DNA from: Corynebacterium glutamicum ATCC 13032
Lineage (GTDB): Bacteria; Actinomycetota; Actinomycetes; Mycobacteriales; Mycobacteriaceae
Reading direction: 5' to 3'
DNA: 32,000 nucleotides
Assembly (NCBI RefSeq): GCF_000011325.1
Contig: NC_003450.3
Location: forward strand, 2,730,001-2,762,000
Shown here: positions 16,081 to 23,992 of the stretch, piece by piece
Numbering within the stretch: the stretch's first letter is position 1
Layout of the letters: the number at the start of each line of letters is the position of its first letter
Made by a program: the position numbers and the translations under genes
The notes under the pieces: model-generated
Told to the model about the DNA's origin: nothing
Database searches by the model: none
Seen by the model: the letters and a program-made list of their open reading frames with translations, nothing else

Positions 16081-17628
16081 TTAACTTGAGGCGGTTGCTT
16101 GCATCTTGCGGACTAGGTCTGCGTTGCTGTTTCCCTGTGGCAGACCCATGGGGTATTTGCCGTCGAAGCAGGCGATGCAGAGTTCGTTGGCTGGTTGCTC
16201 GGTTGCTGCAACCATGGAGTCGATGGAGACGTAGCCGAGGGTGTCTGCGCCGATTGCGGAGCGGACTGCTTCTACCATTTCTGCTTCGTTGTCACTGGTG
16301 ACAGCGTTGGCAATGAGTTCGCCTGGGGTGGCAAAATCGATGCCGTAGAAGCATGGCCATTTCACGGGTGGTGAGGCGATGCGTACGTGAACCTCAGCTG
16401 CACCGGCTTCGCGCAACATGCGGATCACGGCGCGTTGGGTGTTACCGCGGACGATGGAATCATCCACAACCACAAGGCGCTTTCCGGCGATAACCTCGCG
16501 CAATGGGTTCAGCTTGAGGCGGATTCCCAGTTGGCGGAGAGTGTCGGAAGGCTGGATGAAGGTTCGGCCAACGTAGGCGTTTTTGACCATGCCTTGGCCG
16601 AATGGGATGCCAGATGCTTGGGCGAATCCAACTGCTGCTGGGGTGCCTGATTCTGGGGTTGGGATGACTAGATCGCCGACTGCTGGTGCTTCTGCAGCGA
16701 GCTTGCGGCCGATTTCAAGTCGGGCTTCGTTGACGTTTCTTCCCTTGATCACGGAGTCTGGACGAGCCAGGTAAACGTATTCGAAGACGCAACCTTTGCG
16801 GGTTGTCTCGGCGAATCGTGCGGACTTGAGGCCGGATTCGTCGATAGCAATCAGTTCGCCTGGTTCGACCTCGCGCACATGCGAGGCACCTACGATGTCG
16901 AGCGCTGCGGTTTCAGATGCGACTACCCAGCCGCGCTCGAGGCGGCCGATGGACAGTGGGCGGATGCCGAATGGATCACGCGCTGCGTACAGGGTGTGTC
17001 CGTCGGTGAAGGTGAGGCAGTAGGCTCCCTTGACGCTGGGGAGGAGTTCCTTGGCGGAATCAAAGAGATTATTTCCGTCATGGACGCCGCTTGCGAGCAG
17101 TCCAGTGAGCACATCGGTATCTGATGGCTTCTTGGCGGGATCGACGAGGCCAAGTTCGGTGGCTTTGTCCAACAACTCGATGTAATTAATCAGGTTGCCG
17201 TTGTGTCCAAGGGCGATATCGGTGCCATCTGGTGCCATGCGGAACATAGGCTGGGCATTTTCCCAGGTGTTTCCGCCGGCGGTGGTGTATCGGGTGTGTC
17301 CGATGGCGATGTTTCCGCGGAGGGATTCCAGAATTGGTTCGTCGAAAACTTGGGAGACTAGGCCCAAATCTTTGAAAACCAGGATCTGTTCGCCATCGCC
17401 TACTGCGATGCCCGCGGCTTCTTGACCACGGTGCTGAAGTGCGAAGAGGCCAAAGTAGGTAAGTTTCGAGACTTCCTCACCTGGCGCCCAAACGCCGAAA
17501 ACGCCGCATTCTTCCTGCGGTGCCTGTTCGTTGAGATCATCGTACGGGTGGTTTACCTGGGTCATTCCGGTGGAATGCTCGGTATTTACCATTGAACCAG
17601 GGAGCGTGTGCTGATCAAGTAATGCCAC
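16081..17628 (-). CDS. purF: amidophosphoribosyltransferase PurF
   Basis: The Ntn nucleophile context (ECGVFGVW), the PRPP loop (VVVDDSIVRGNT) and Fe-S cluster cysteines are present. The start is uncertain. GTG 17628 is preceded by TACGAT plus 7 nt, so it could be leaderless. The alternatives ATG 17592 and ATG 17568 lack a clear SD. Confidence 0.9.
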   Translation of the reverse strand: MALLDQHTLPGSMVNTEHSTGMTQVNHPYDDLNEQAPQEECGVFGVWAPGEEVSKLTYFGLFALQHRGQEAAGIAVGDGEQILVFKDLGLVSQVFDEPILESLRGNIAIGHTRYTTAGGNTWENAQPMFRMAPDGTDIALGHNGNLINYIELLDKATELGLVDPAKKPSDTDVLTGLLASGVHDGNNLFDSAKELLPSVKGAYCLTFTDGHTLYAARDPFGIRPLSIGRLERGWVVASETAALDIVGASHVREVEPGELIAIDESGLKSARFAETTRKGCVFEYVYLARPDSVIKGRNVNEARLEIGRKLAAEAPAVGDLVIPTPESGTPAAVGFAQASGIPFGQGMVKNAYVGRTFIQPSDTLRQLGIRLKLNPLREVIAGKRLVVVDDSIVRGNTQRAVIRMLREAGAAEVHVRIASPPVKWPCFYGIDFATPGELIANAVTSDNEAEMVEAVRSAIGADTLGYVSIDSMVAATEQPANELCIACFDGKYPMGLPQGNSNADLVRKMQATASS

Positions 17629-17680
17629 AGGTCAAATCGTAGTCTGTCGGTTGCCCAGAAACTAATGAGCATTAGGAAAT

Positions 17681-18058
17681 CTAAAGTTTGACCACTGGTA
17701 ACCAGTCCGCAATCTCTTTGGCTCGGGTACCTGATGCGCTAATTTTTCCGCTTTCAAATTCTGCATCAAATGTGGTTTGCCCAGTTGCTAAGCGTAACCA
17801 GGTCTTGGCGTCGGTCTCCACCACGTTGGGTGGTGTGCCGCGTGTATGTTTTGGCCCCTCTATGCATTGCACCGCAACAAATGGGGGTACCCGCACCTCC
17901 ACGCTGTTTCCCGGCGCGTCTTGCGCGAGCAGTCGGACGCTCAGGCGAGTTGCGGCGGCAAGTGCCGCACGACCAGGCTTTTCGACGTCTCCCTCCCCTT
18001 CAATCCAGTCTTTGACGGCCAATACGGCTTGCCGGGTTTCCAGCGGATCAATCCTCAT
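17681..18058 (-). CDS. sterol-carrier (SCP2-like) family protein, conserved upstream of purF (Rv0807-like)
   Basis: 125-aa ORF. The family assignment is from memory of actinobacterial homologues and synteny, not from a clear motif. Confidence 0.5.
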   Translation of the reverse strand: MRIDPLETRQAVLAVKDWIEGEGDVEKPGRAALAAATRLSVRLLAQDAPGNSVEVRVPPFVAVQCIEGPKHTRGTPPNVVETDAKTWLRLATGQTTFDAEFESGKISASGTRAKEIADWLPVVKL

Positions 18059-18083
18059 GAAGCATCAGCCTAGTACGAACCGT

Positions 18084-18089
18084 TAAAGT
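18084..18089 (+). promoter_or_regulatory. -10-like hexamer TAAAGT 6 nt upstream of the thioesterase ATG (probable leaderless transcript)
   Basis: The sequence is TAAAGT-gtccat-ATG. The whole divergent intergenic region is only 37 bp and has no SD. Confidence 0.4.
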
Positions 18090-18095
18090 GTCCAT

Positions 18096-19115
18096 ATGTC
18101 TGATAATCCGCATGAGAATCCCCGTGAGAATCCACACCGCTCCCCAGAAGTCGTCCTTCGTTTCATGGCTGCCCCTACTGACGTTTTGATGGCTGGTAGC
18201 CATGGCGTTGGCGGTGGCCGAGTCCTGGAATGGATCGATAAGGCTGCTTATGCTTGTGCTACCCAGTGGTCTGGAACCTACTGTGTCACTGCTTATGTTG
18301 GTCACATTCACTTCACTCGCCCTATTCCCTCTGGCCACATGGTCGAGGTGCGTTCCCGCATTGCGATGACTGGCCGTTCCTCCATGCACATCGTGAATGA
18401 GGTGCTTTCTGCGGATCCTCGCGATGGCAACTACACCCGTGCGTGTGACTGCTTGGTTATTTTCGTGGCGAAGGACACCGCAACTGGTCGCGCTACCCCA
18501 GTTCCTTCATTTACCCCTAAGAATGAAGAAGAGCAGCGCGTGTTGGAAGCTGCTAACTCCCGCATCGGGCTGCGCAAGGCTATTGAAGCGGAGATGGAAA
18601 AGCAGACGTACAACGGACCTTCTGAGGCCCCTCGTTTGATTACCCGCTTCTTGGCTAAGCCAACAGATATCAACTGGGGTGGCAAGGTCCACGGTGGCAC
18701 TGCCATGGAATGGATCGATGAGGCGGGTGCTGCGTGCACCATGGAGTGGTCTGGTAACCACACCGTTGCGGTTTATGCTGGTGGTATCCGCTTCTACCAG
18801 CCCATTCAGATCGGTGACCTCATTGAGGTGGACGCCCGCATGATGCGTACCGATAAGCGTTCCATGCAGATGTCCATCCACGTCCGTGCCGGTGATGCTC
18901 ACCGTGGCCGTGCTGAGCTAGAAACCGCTATTCACGCAACGGTGACCTACTTAGGAATTGATGTCGACGGAGAGCCTTTGCCTGCACCACAGTTTGTGCC
19001 TCGTACCCCTGAGGATATCCAGTTGGCTGAGCATGCAAACATCCTGAGGGATCTGCGTGCTGATTACACCCCAATGCCGCTGTTCCAGCGCAGGGTTCCA
19101 CTGCAGATCGACTAG
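18096..19115 (+). CDS. acyl-CoA thioesterase with two hot-dog (BFIT/BACH-type) domains
   Basis: 339-aa ORF with an internal duplication: HGVGGGRVLEWIDKAAYACA...VEVRSRI in one half and VHGGTAMEWIDEAGAACT...IEVDARM in the other. Confidence 0.8.
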   Translation: MSDNPHENPRENPHRSPEVVLRFMAAPTDVLMAGSHGVGGGRVLEWIDKAAYACATQWSGTYCVTAYVGHIHFTRPIPSGHMVEVRSRIAMTGRSSMHIVNEVLSADPRDGNYTRACDCLVIFVAKDTATGRATPVPSFTPKNEEEQRVLEAANSRIGLRKAIEAEMEKQTYNGPSEAPRLITRFLAKPTDINWGGKVHGGTAMEWIDEAGAACTMEWSGNHTVAVYAGGIRFYQPIQIGDLIEVDARMMRTDKRSMQMSIHVRAGDAHRGRAELETAIHATVTYLGIDVDGEPLPAPQFVPRTPEDIQLAEHANILRDLRADYTPMPLFQRRVPLQID

Positions 19116-19124
19116 TTAGACCCG

Positions 19125-19159
19125 AAAAAGCCCCCTTTTGTTTAAAAAGGGGGCTTTTC
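19125..19159. terminator. bidirectional intrinsic terminator (thioesterase / hemolysin-III genes)
   Basis: A perfect hairpin, AAAAAGCCCCCTTTT (19125-19139) / AAAAGGGGGCTTTT (19145-19158), has A and T runs on both sides. It abuts the stop codon at 19160. Confidence 0.9.
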
Positions 19160-19960
19160 TTAGTTAACGACAACCATCCACACTGCAACCAGATGGACAA
19201 TCGCTGCGACGATCGTGGCGATGTGGAAGTGCTCGTGGTAGCCAATCACTCGTGCGTTGCGTCCTGGCCATTTAAAGCCGTACACCAACGCGCCAACGCT
19301 GTAGACGATGCCTCCGGCCAGCAGGAGCCACACCACTGTGGGGCCAGCACCAGACCACAATTGAGGGACAAGTGGCACAATGAGCCATCCCAAGGCCAAG
19401 TAGACCAGCACGCTGAGCCATCGTGGGTGATTGATCCACACCATGTTCATGATCACGCTGGCAATGGCACCAACCCACGCAATACCTAACATCCATGCTG
19501 CGGTACCGGGCTCTAAGACGATCAAGCACAGTGGCGTATAGGTTGCTGCGATAAACACCGCGATGGTGGAGTGATCAGCTTTGCGCCACCACGCCACGGT
19601 GTGCAATCGACGCCACGGTCCTCGGTGATACGCCGCAGAGACAGCAAACAGTCCCAGCATGGCCAAGGCGTACACCATGACACCTAGCGCCTGCCACCAC
19701 ACCAGTTCCATCCATGCATACGTGGAGAGCACCGAACCTGACACAATACTCAAAATGGCCGCAACCTGGTGGAACAGTCCACGAGTAACTGGCCGCTCAC
19801 CGCGATCAAAAACGTAACGTGTCAGTGCGAGAAGCGGTTCATCCGAACTATCTTTTACTTCTGCTCCACTAACGTCATCCTCAATCAGCGGGTCCGCGTC
19901 CATATATTCACGATCTTCAGACACTTCACGCTTCTTTCTTCCCTGACTTGTTGTATCCAA
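19160..19960 (-). CDS. hemolysin III / PAQR family 7-TM membrane protein
   Basis: Seven hydrophobic segments and a C-terminal HEHFH motif are present. The start is uncertain. The longest ORF begins with TTG at 19960, directly after the purL terminator. ATG 19903 (MDADPLIEDD) is an alternative. Confidence 0.8.
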   Translation of the reverse strand: MDTTSQGRKKREVSEDREYMDADPLIEDDVSGAEVKDSSDEPLLALTRYVFDRGERPVTRGLFHQVAAILSIVSGSVLSTYAWMELVWWQALGVMVYALAMLGLFAVSAAYHRGPWRRLHTVAWWRKADHSTIAVFIAATYTPLCLIVLEPGTAAWMLGIAWVGAIASVIMNMVWINHPRWLSVLVYLALGWLIVPLVPQLWSGAGPTVVWLLLAGGIVYSVGALVYGFKWPGRNARVIGYHEHFHIATIVAAIVHLVAVWMVVVN

Positions 19961-19970
19961 TCTAGTGGAA

Positions 19971-20012
19971 GAAAGAGCAAAAGCCGGGCTTTGCGAAAAC
20001 GAAACCCGGCTT
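19971..20012 (-). terminator. intrinsic terminator of the purL operon
   Basis: A stem, AAGCCGGG (19981-19988) / CCCGGCTT (20005-20012), has further pairing inside. It is followed on the minus strand by a T-rich tail. Confidence 0.65.
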
Positions 20013-20024
20013 CACAGCAGAAAA

Positions 20025-22313
20025 TTATGCAACTACTGCGTTAGCTCCAACTGCGTGACCGAAGGCCTCAGGCAAAGTGTTGGTCCATGCTTCGCGGAGT
20101 TCCTCCACGGAAACAGTGAACTCAACGTCTGCGCCCTTGACAGCGATGACGGCTGAATCGTTGGTGCAGCCCAGCTTGAACACTGGAACACCCAGCTCTG
20201 CTGCGCGCTTTTCCAACTCTTCGCCGCGGTTGGTTGCAACCACGATGCGGGAAGCGGACTCAGCAAACAGTGAGGTGAACAGGGATGGGTGGATCTGGGA
20301 GAGATCAACATCCATGCCCTTGTCTGCGTGGATCGCAAGCTCTGCGAGGGTCTGGCCAAGGCCGCCCTCAGACAGATCGTGGGATGCAGCAAACAGATCA
20401 GAACCGACGAACAGGTCTGCAAGACGCTGCTCGTTGAGCAGGTCAACTACTGGTGGCAGACCGTTGAGGCCAGCGCCAGAAACCTGCTGCCAGATGGAGC
20501 CACCGAACTCATCGAAGGTCTCACCCAGGAGGTAGAGATCGTTGTCCTCGGATGGGAGGACGTTGCCGATGCTCTGCTCGACGTTGTCCAAGACTCCCAA
20601 AACACCCACGACTGGGGTTGGCAGGATGGGCTCGTCACCAGTCTGGTTGTAGAAGGAGACGTTACCGCCGGACACTGGAATGCCCAAAAGCTTGGATCCG
20701 TCTGCCAGACCGTGGACTGCTTCCTTGAACTGCCACATAACACCAGCGTTTTCTGGGGAACCGAAGTTCAGGCAGTTGGTGACAGCCACTGGGCGTGCAC
20801 CGGTGGAGACCACGTTGCGGTAAGCCTCAGCCAGTGCAAGCTGCGCGCCAGTGTTTGGCTCGAGCTTGGTGTAACGGCCGGATGCGTCGGCGGAGATCGC
20901 AACGCCACGGTTGGTCTCTTCGTCGATACGCAAGACGCCAGCATTGGCGTTCTTTGCCTGAACGGTGTTGCCGCGGACGTAGCGGTCGTACTGCTCGGTG
21001 ATAAACGCGCGGGATGCAAGTGCTGGTGAAGCGACAAGCTTCAGCCAAGCAGCCTTGATCTCTTCAACGTCGACTGGGCGAGCGATCTCGCCTTCGAGCT
21101 GCAGTTCGTCCTGGTTCTCAGGGCGAGCAACTGGGCGGTTGTAGACAGGGCCTTCATCGATGGTTGATGGAGGTGCGTCGATAACAACTTCACCGTTGTG
21201 GACCACAACGTAGCGGTCCTTCTCGTCGGTAACTTCGCCGATTTCTGCGCAGGTGACATCCCACTTTGCACAGATCTCGAGGAAACGCTCAACGTTTTCA
21301 GGGGTGACAACAGCACACATGCGCTCCTGGGACTCGGAAGCCAGGATTTCAGCTGCAGACATGTTCTCTGCGCGCAGTGGGACGTTGTCTAGGTTGACGC
21401 GCATGCCGCCGTCGCCTGCGGCTGCCAGCTCAGAGGTTGCACACGCAAGTCCGCCGCCACCGAGGTCCTGAATACCGACCACGACGCCAGCCTTGTACAG
21501 CTCGAGGCAGCACTCGATGAGTACCTTCTCTGCGAAAGGATCGCCAACCTGAACAGCTGGGAGCTTGCGCTCTTCGCCTTCTTCGAAGGATGCGGAACCC
21601 AGGACGGACACGCCACCGATGCCATCAAGGCCGGTGCGGGAACCGAACAGGATCACCTTGTTGCCGGTGCCGGATGCGAATGCAAGCTTGAGGTCTTCCA
21701 CCTTGAGGGTACCCACGCACAGTGCGTTGACCAGTGGGTTACCTGCGTAGGAATCGTCGAAGACGGTTTCGCCACCGATGTTTGGCAGGCCGAGGCAGTT
21801 GCCGTAGTGGGAAATGCCGTCAACAACGCCAGGAAGCACACGCTGGGTGTCTGGGTTGTCCAGTGCACCGAAACGCAGCTGATCCATCACAGCGATTGGG
21901 CGTGCGCCCATAGCCATAATGTCGCGGACGATGCCGCCGACGCCGGTCGCAGCGCCCTGGTGTGGCTCTACGAAGGATGGGTGGTTGTGGGACTCCACGC
22001 GGAAGGTCACGGCGTTGCCGTCTCCGATGTCGACCACACCAGCGTTCTCGCCGATGCCGGCAAGAATCTTGGAAGCCATTTCCTCAGTGGTGGTTTCACC
22101 GAAGTAACGCAGGTGAACCTTGGAGGACTTGTAGGAGCAGTGCTCCGACCACATGACGGAGTAAACGGTCAGCTCGGCGTCGGTTGGGCGGCGGCCAAGG
22201 ATTTCCTTGATGCGCGCGTACTCGTCGTCTTTCAGACCAAGAGCCTCAAATGGCTGATCCAGCTCAGGGGTCTTGATTGCGTCTTCGACGGTGTCATTGA
22301 CAAAAGTGCTCAT
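20025..22313 (-). CDS. purL: phosphoribosylformylglycinamidine synthase subunit PurL (small-PurL type)
   Basis: 762 aa. The sequences [19 protein letters not shown] and the duplicated PurM-like domains are typical of PurL II. Confidence 0.95.
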   Translation of the reverse strand: MSTFVNDTVEDAIKTPELDQPFEALGLKDDEYARIKEILGRRPTDAELTVYSVMWSEHCSYKSSKVHLRYFGETTTEEMASKILAGIGENAGVVDIGDGNAVTFRVESHNHPSFVEPHQGAATGVGGIVRDIMAMGARPIAVMDQLRFGALDNPDTQRVLPGVVDGISHYGNCLGLPNIGGETVFDDSYAGNPLVNALCVGTLKVEDLKLAFASGTGNKVILFGSRTGLDGIGGVSVLGSASFEEGEERKLPAVQVGDPFAEKVLIECCLELYKAGVVVGIQDLGGGGLACATSELAAAGDGGMRVNLDNVPLRAENMSAAEILASESQERMCAVVTPENVERFLEICAKWDVTCAEIGEVTDEKDRYVVVHNGEVVIDAPPSTIDEGPVYNRPVARPENQDELQLEGEIARPVDVEEIKAAWLKLVASPALASRAFITEQYDRYVRGNTVQAKNANAGVLRIDEETNRGVAISADASGRYTKLEPNTGAQLALAEAYRNVVSTGARPVAVTNCLNFGSPENAGVMWQFKEAVHGLADGSKLLGIPVSGGNVSFYNQTGDEPILPTPVVGVLGVLDNVEQSIGNVLPSEDNDLYLLGETFDEFGGSIWQQVSGAGLNGLPPVVDLLNEQRLADLFVGSDLFAASHDLSEGGLGQTLAELAIHADKGMDVDLSQIHPSLFTSLFAESASRIVVATNRGEELEKRAAELGVPVFKLGCTNDSAVIAVKGADVEFTVSVEELREAWTNTLPEAFGHAVGANAVVA

Positions 22314-22324
22314 ATTTACTCCTC

Positions 22325-22996
22325 TTAAGCCGCGATGGTGCCAACGGCGGACAGGAACAGCTCCAGGCCATCAATAGATGGGCCGGTTAGCTTTTCGACG
22401 GCATGTTCCGGGTGCGGCATGAGACCGACGATGCGACCAGTTTCATTAGTGATACCGGCGATATCGTTGACGGAACCGTTGAAGTTATCGGTGTAACGGA
22501 ACACCACGCGGCCTTCACCCTCAAGCTGGGCGATGGTCTCTGCGTCTGCCTGGAAGCGACCTTCACCGTGCTTTGCAGGAATAAGGATCTGCTGACCCTT
22601 TTCCAAAGTGTTGGTCCATGCAGTGGTGTTGTTCTCTACAACGAGGTGTGCGTCTACACAGTGAAAGTGCAGACCCTTGTTGCGGGTCAGCGCGCCTGGA
22701 AGCAGGCGTGCTTCGGTGAGGATCTGGAAGCCGTTGCAAATGCCCAAGACTGGCATACCCTTACCGGCCTGCTCAATCACGGACTGCATTACTGGCGCCA
22801 GTGCAGAGATTGCACCGGTGCGCAGGTAATCGCCGTAGGAGAATCCACCGGGAACGACAACTGCGTCGACGCCCTTGAGATCCTCGTCAGCGTGCCACAG
22901 GCTGATTACTTCTGCACCTGCGATGCGAGCAGCGCGTGCTGCATCTACATCGTCAAGGGTGCCTGGGAAGGTAATGACACCGATTTTGGCGCTCAC
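22325..22996 (-). CDS. purQ: phosphoribosylformylglycinamidine synthase glutaminase subunit PurQ
   Basis: Class I GATase with the nucleophile context GICNGFQ and MPHPEH. The GTG start overlaps the purS stop (GTGA). Confidence 0.93.
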   Translation of the reverse strand: MSAKIGVITFPGTLDDVDAARAARIAGAEVISLWHADEDLKGVDAVVVPGGFSYGDYLRTGAISALAPVMQSVIEQAGKGMPVLGICNGFQILTEARLLPGALTRNKGLHFHCVDAHLVVENNTTAWTNTLEKGQQILIPAKHGEGRFQADAETIAQLEGEGRVVFRYTDNFNGSVNDIAGITNETGRIVGLMPHPEHAVEKLTGPSIDGLELFLSAVGTIAA

Positions 22997-23238
22997 TTCG
23001 CGACCTCAACTCCCACCACATCGAAGTCTTCGATGACGGTGTTTGCGAGGAGGGTTTCAGCAATTTTCTTTAGGTCAGCTTCGGTGACGGAATCATCTAC
23101 CTCAAGCTCGAAGCGCTTTCCCTGACGGACATCGGAAACGCCAGAAACTCCGATACGTCCGAGGGCGCGGTGTACCGCCTGCCCCTGGGGATCCAGAATC
23201 TCAGCCTTAGGCATGACATTGACAACTACACGGGCCAC
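22993..23238 (-). CDS. purS: phosphoribosylformylglycinamidine synthase subunit PurS
   Basis: 81 aa ([22 protein letters not shown]...) with a GTG start and an AAGGGA SD. It is translationally coupled to purQ. Confidence 0.9.
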   Translation of the reverse strand: MARVVVNVMPKAEILDPQGQAVHRALGRIGVSGVSDVRQGKRFELEVDDSVTEADLKKIAETLLANTVIEDFDVVGVEVAK

Positions 23239-23325
23239 GGTATTTTCCCTTACTCAAGAAATGGGGAGGACAATGTTTTACGAGCACAAGTGTAACTGTT
23301 GCCACTGGTCAAACCTAGCCAGCCC

Positions 23326-23805
23326 TTAGATAGGGAGATTCTCCTCGATTGCTTCCACTACCTCAGCTGCAGATGGTTCCGTCCGAGGAGCAAAGCGCTT
23401 AATCGTATTACCTTCTGCATCTACCAGGAATTTCTCAAAATTCCACTCGATTTCGCTACCATCAGTTGCCTCTTTGAGCACCTTGTACAGGGGGTGGGCA
23501 CCCTCCCCATTCACCTCGGTTTTGCTCAAGAGCGGGAAGGTGACGTCGTACTGATTTTGCGCGAAAGCACACACCTCAGCGTCGGTTCCAGGTTCCTGGC
23601 CGTTGAATTGATTGCAGGGCACGCCAATGACAAAGAAGCCTCGATCTTGGTATTCCTCATACAGTTTTTGAAGCCCTTCATACTGTGGCGTGAGTCCGCA
23701 CTTGGATGCCACGTTCACGATGAGCAAAAGGTGGCCCGCCCAATCCGCCATGGTGGTTTCTGTGCCGTCGTTGAGAGTTACGCTGATGTCATGAATAGAA
23801 GTCAT
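23326..23805 (-). CDS. mpx: glutathione-peroxidase-family Cys-GPx (mycothiol peroxidase in C. glutamicum)
   Basis: 159 aa with the peroxidatic Cys context NVASKCGLTPQY, GVPCNQF and the WNFEKFL motif. The symbol is from memory (NCgl2502, also called gpx). Confidence 0.85.
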   Translation of the reverse strand: MTSIHDISVTLNDGTETTMADWAGHLLLIVNVASKCGLTPQYEGLQKLYEEYQDRGFFVIGVPCNQFNGQEPGTDAEVCAFAQNQYDVTFPLLSKTEVNGEGAHPLYKVLKEATDGSEIEWNFEKFLVDAEGNTIKRFAPRTEPSAAEVVEAIEENLPI

Positions 23806-23866
23806 AATCGCAACCCTAGTTGAGGGGGAGGATTTAGTGCATCATCTAAATAAAGGTCAGCTAATA

Positions 23867-23896
23867 GGTGAACTTTGGTGAGACCAAAGGTGAACT
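23867..23896 (+). promoter_or_regulatory. three GGTGA(A/G) direct repeats (starts 23867, 23877, 23889) with an embedded palindrome; candidate response-regulator (PhoR-type) site upstream of nucH
   Basis: The sequence GGTGAACTttGGTGAGACcaaaGGTGAACT has 10- and 12-bp spacing. It lies 97-126 bp upstream of the nucH ATG. Confidence 0.3.
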
Positions 23897-23992
23897 GCCA
23901 GGTCGACCAAATTGCTCGCCAAGCAGACTCCGAAAAACACGGGTAATTCATATGGCTTGTATCTAATCCATACTGAACAGAGGACCTCTCCT

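Noticed and set aside
20289-23125. Long plus-strand ORFs (20289-21029, 21807-22328, 22403-23125) opposite purL, purQ and purS
   Set aside because: They are antisense shadow ORFs of highly conserved purine genes, with no independent coding signals.
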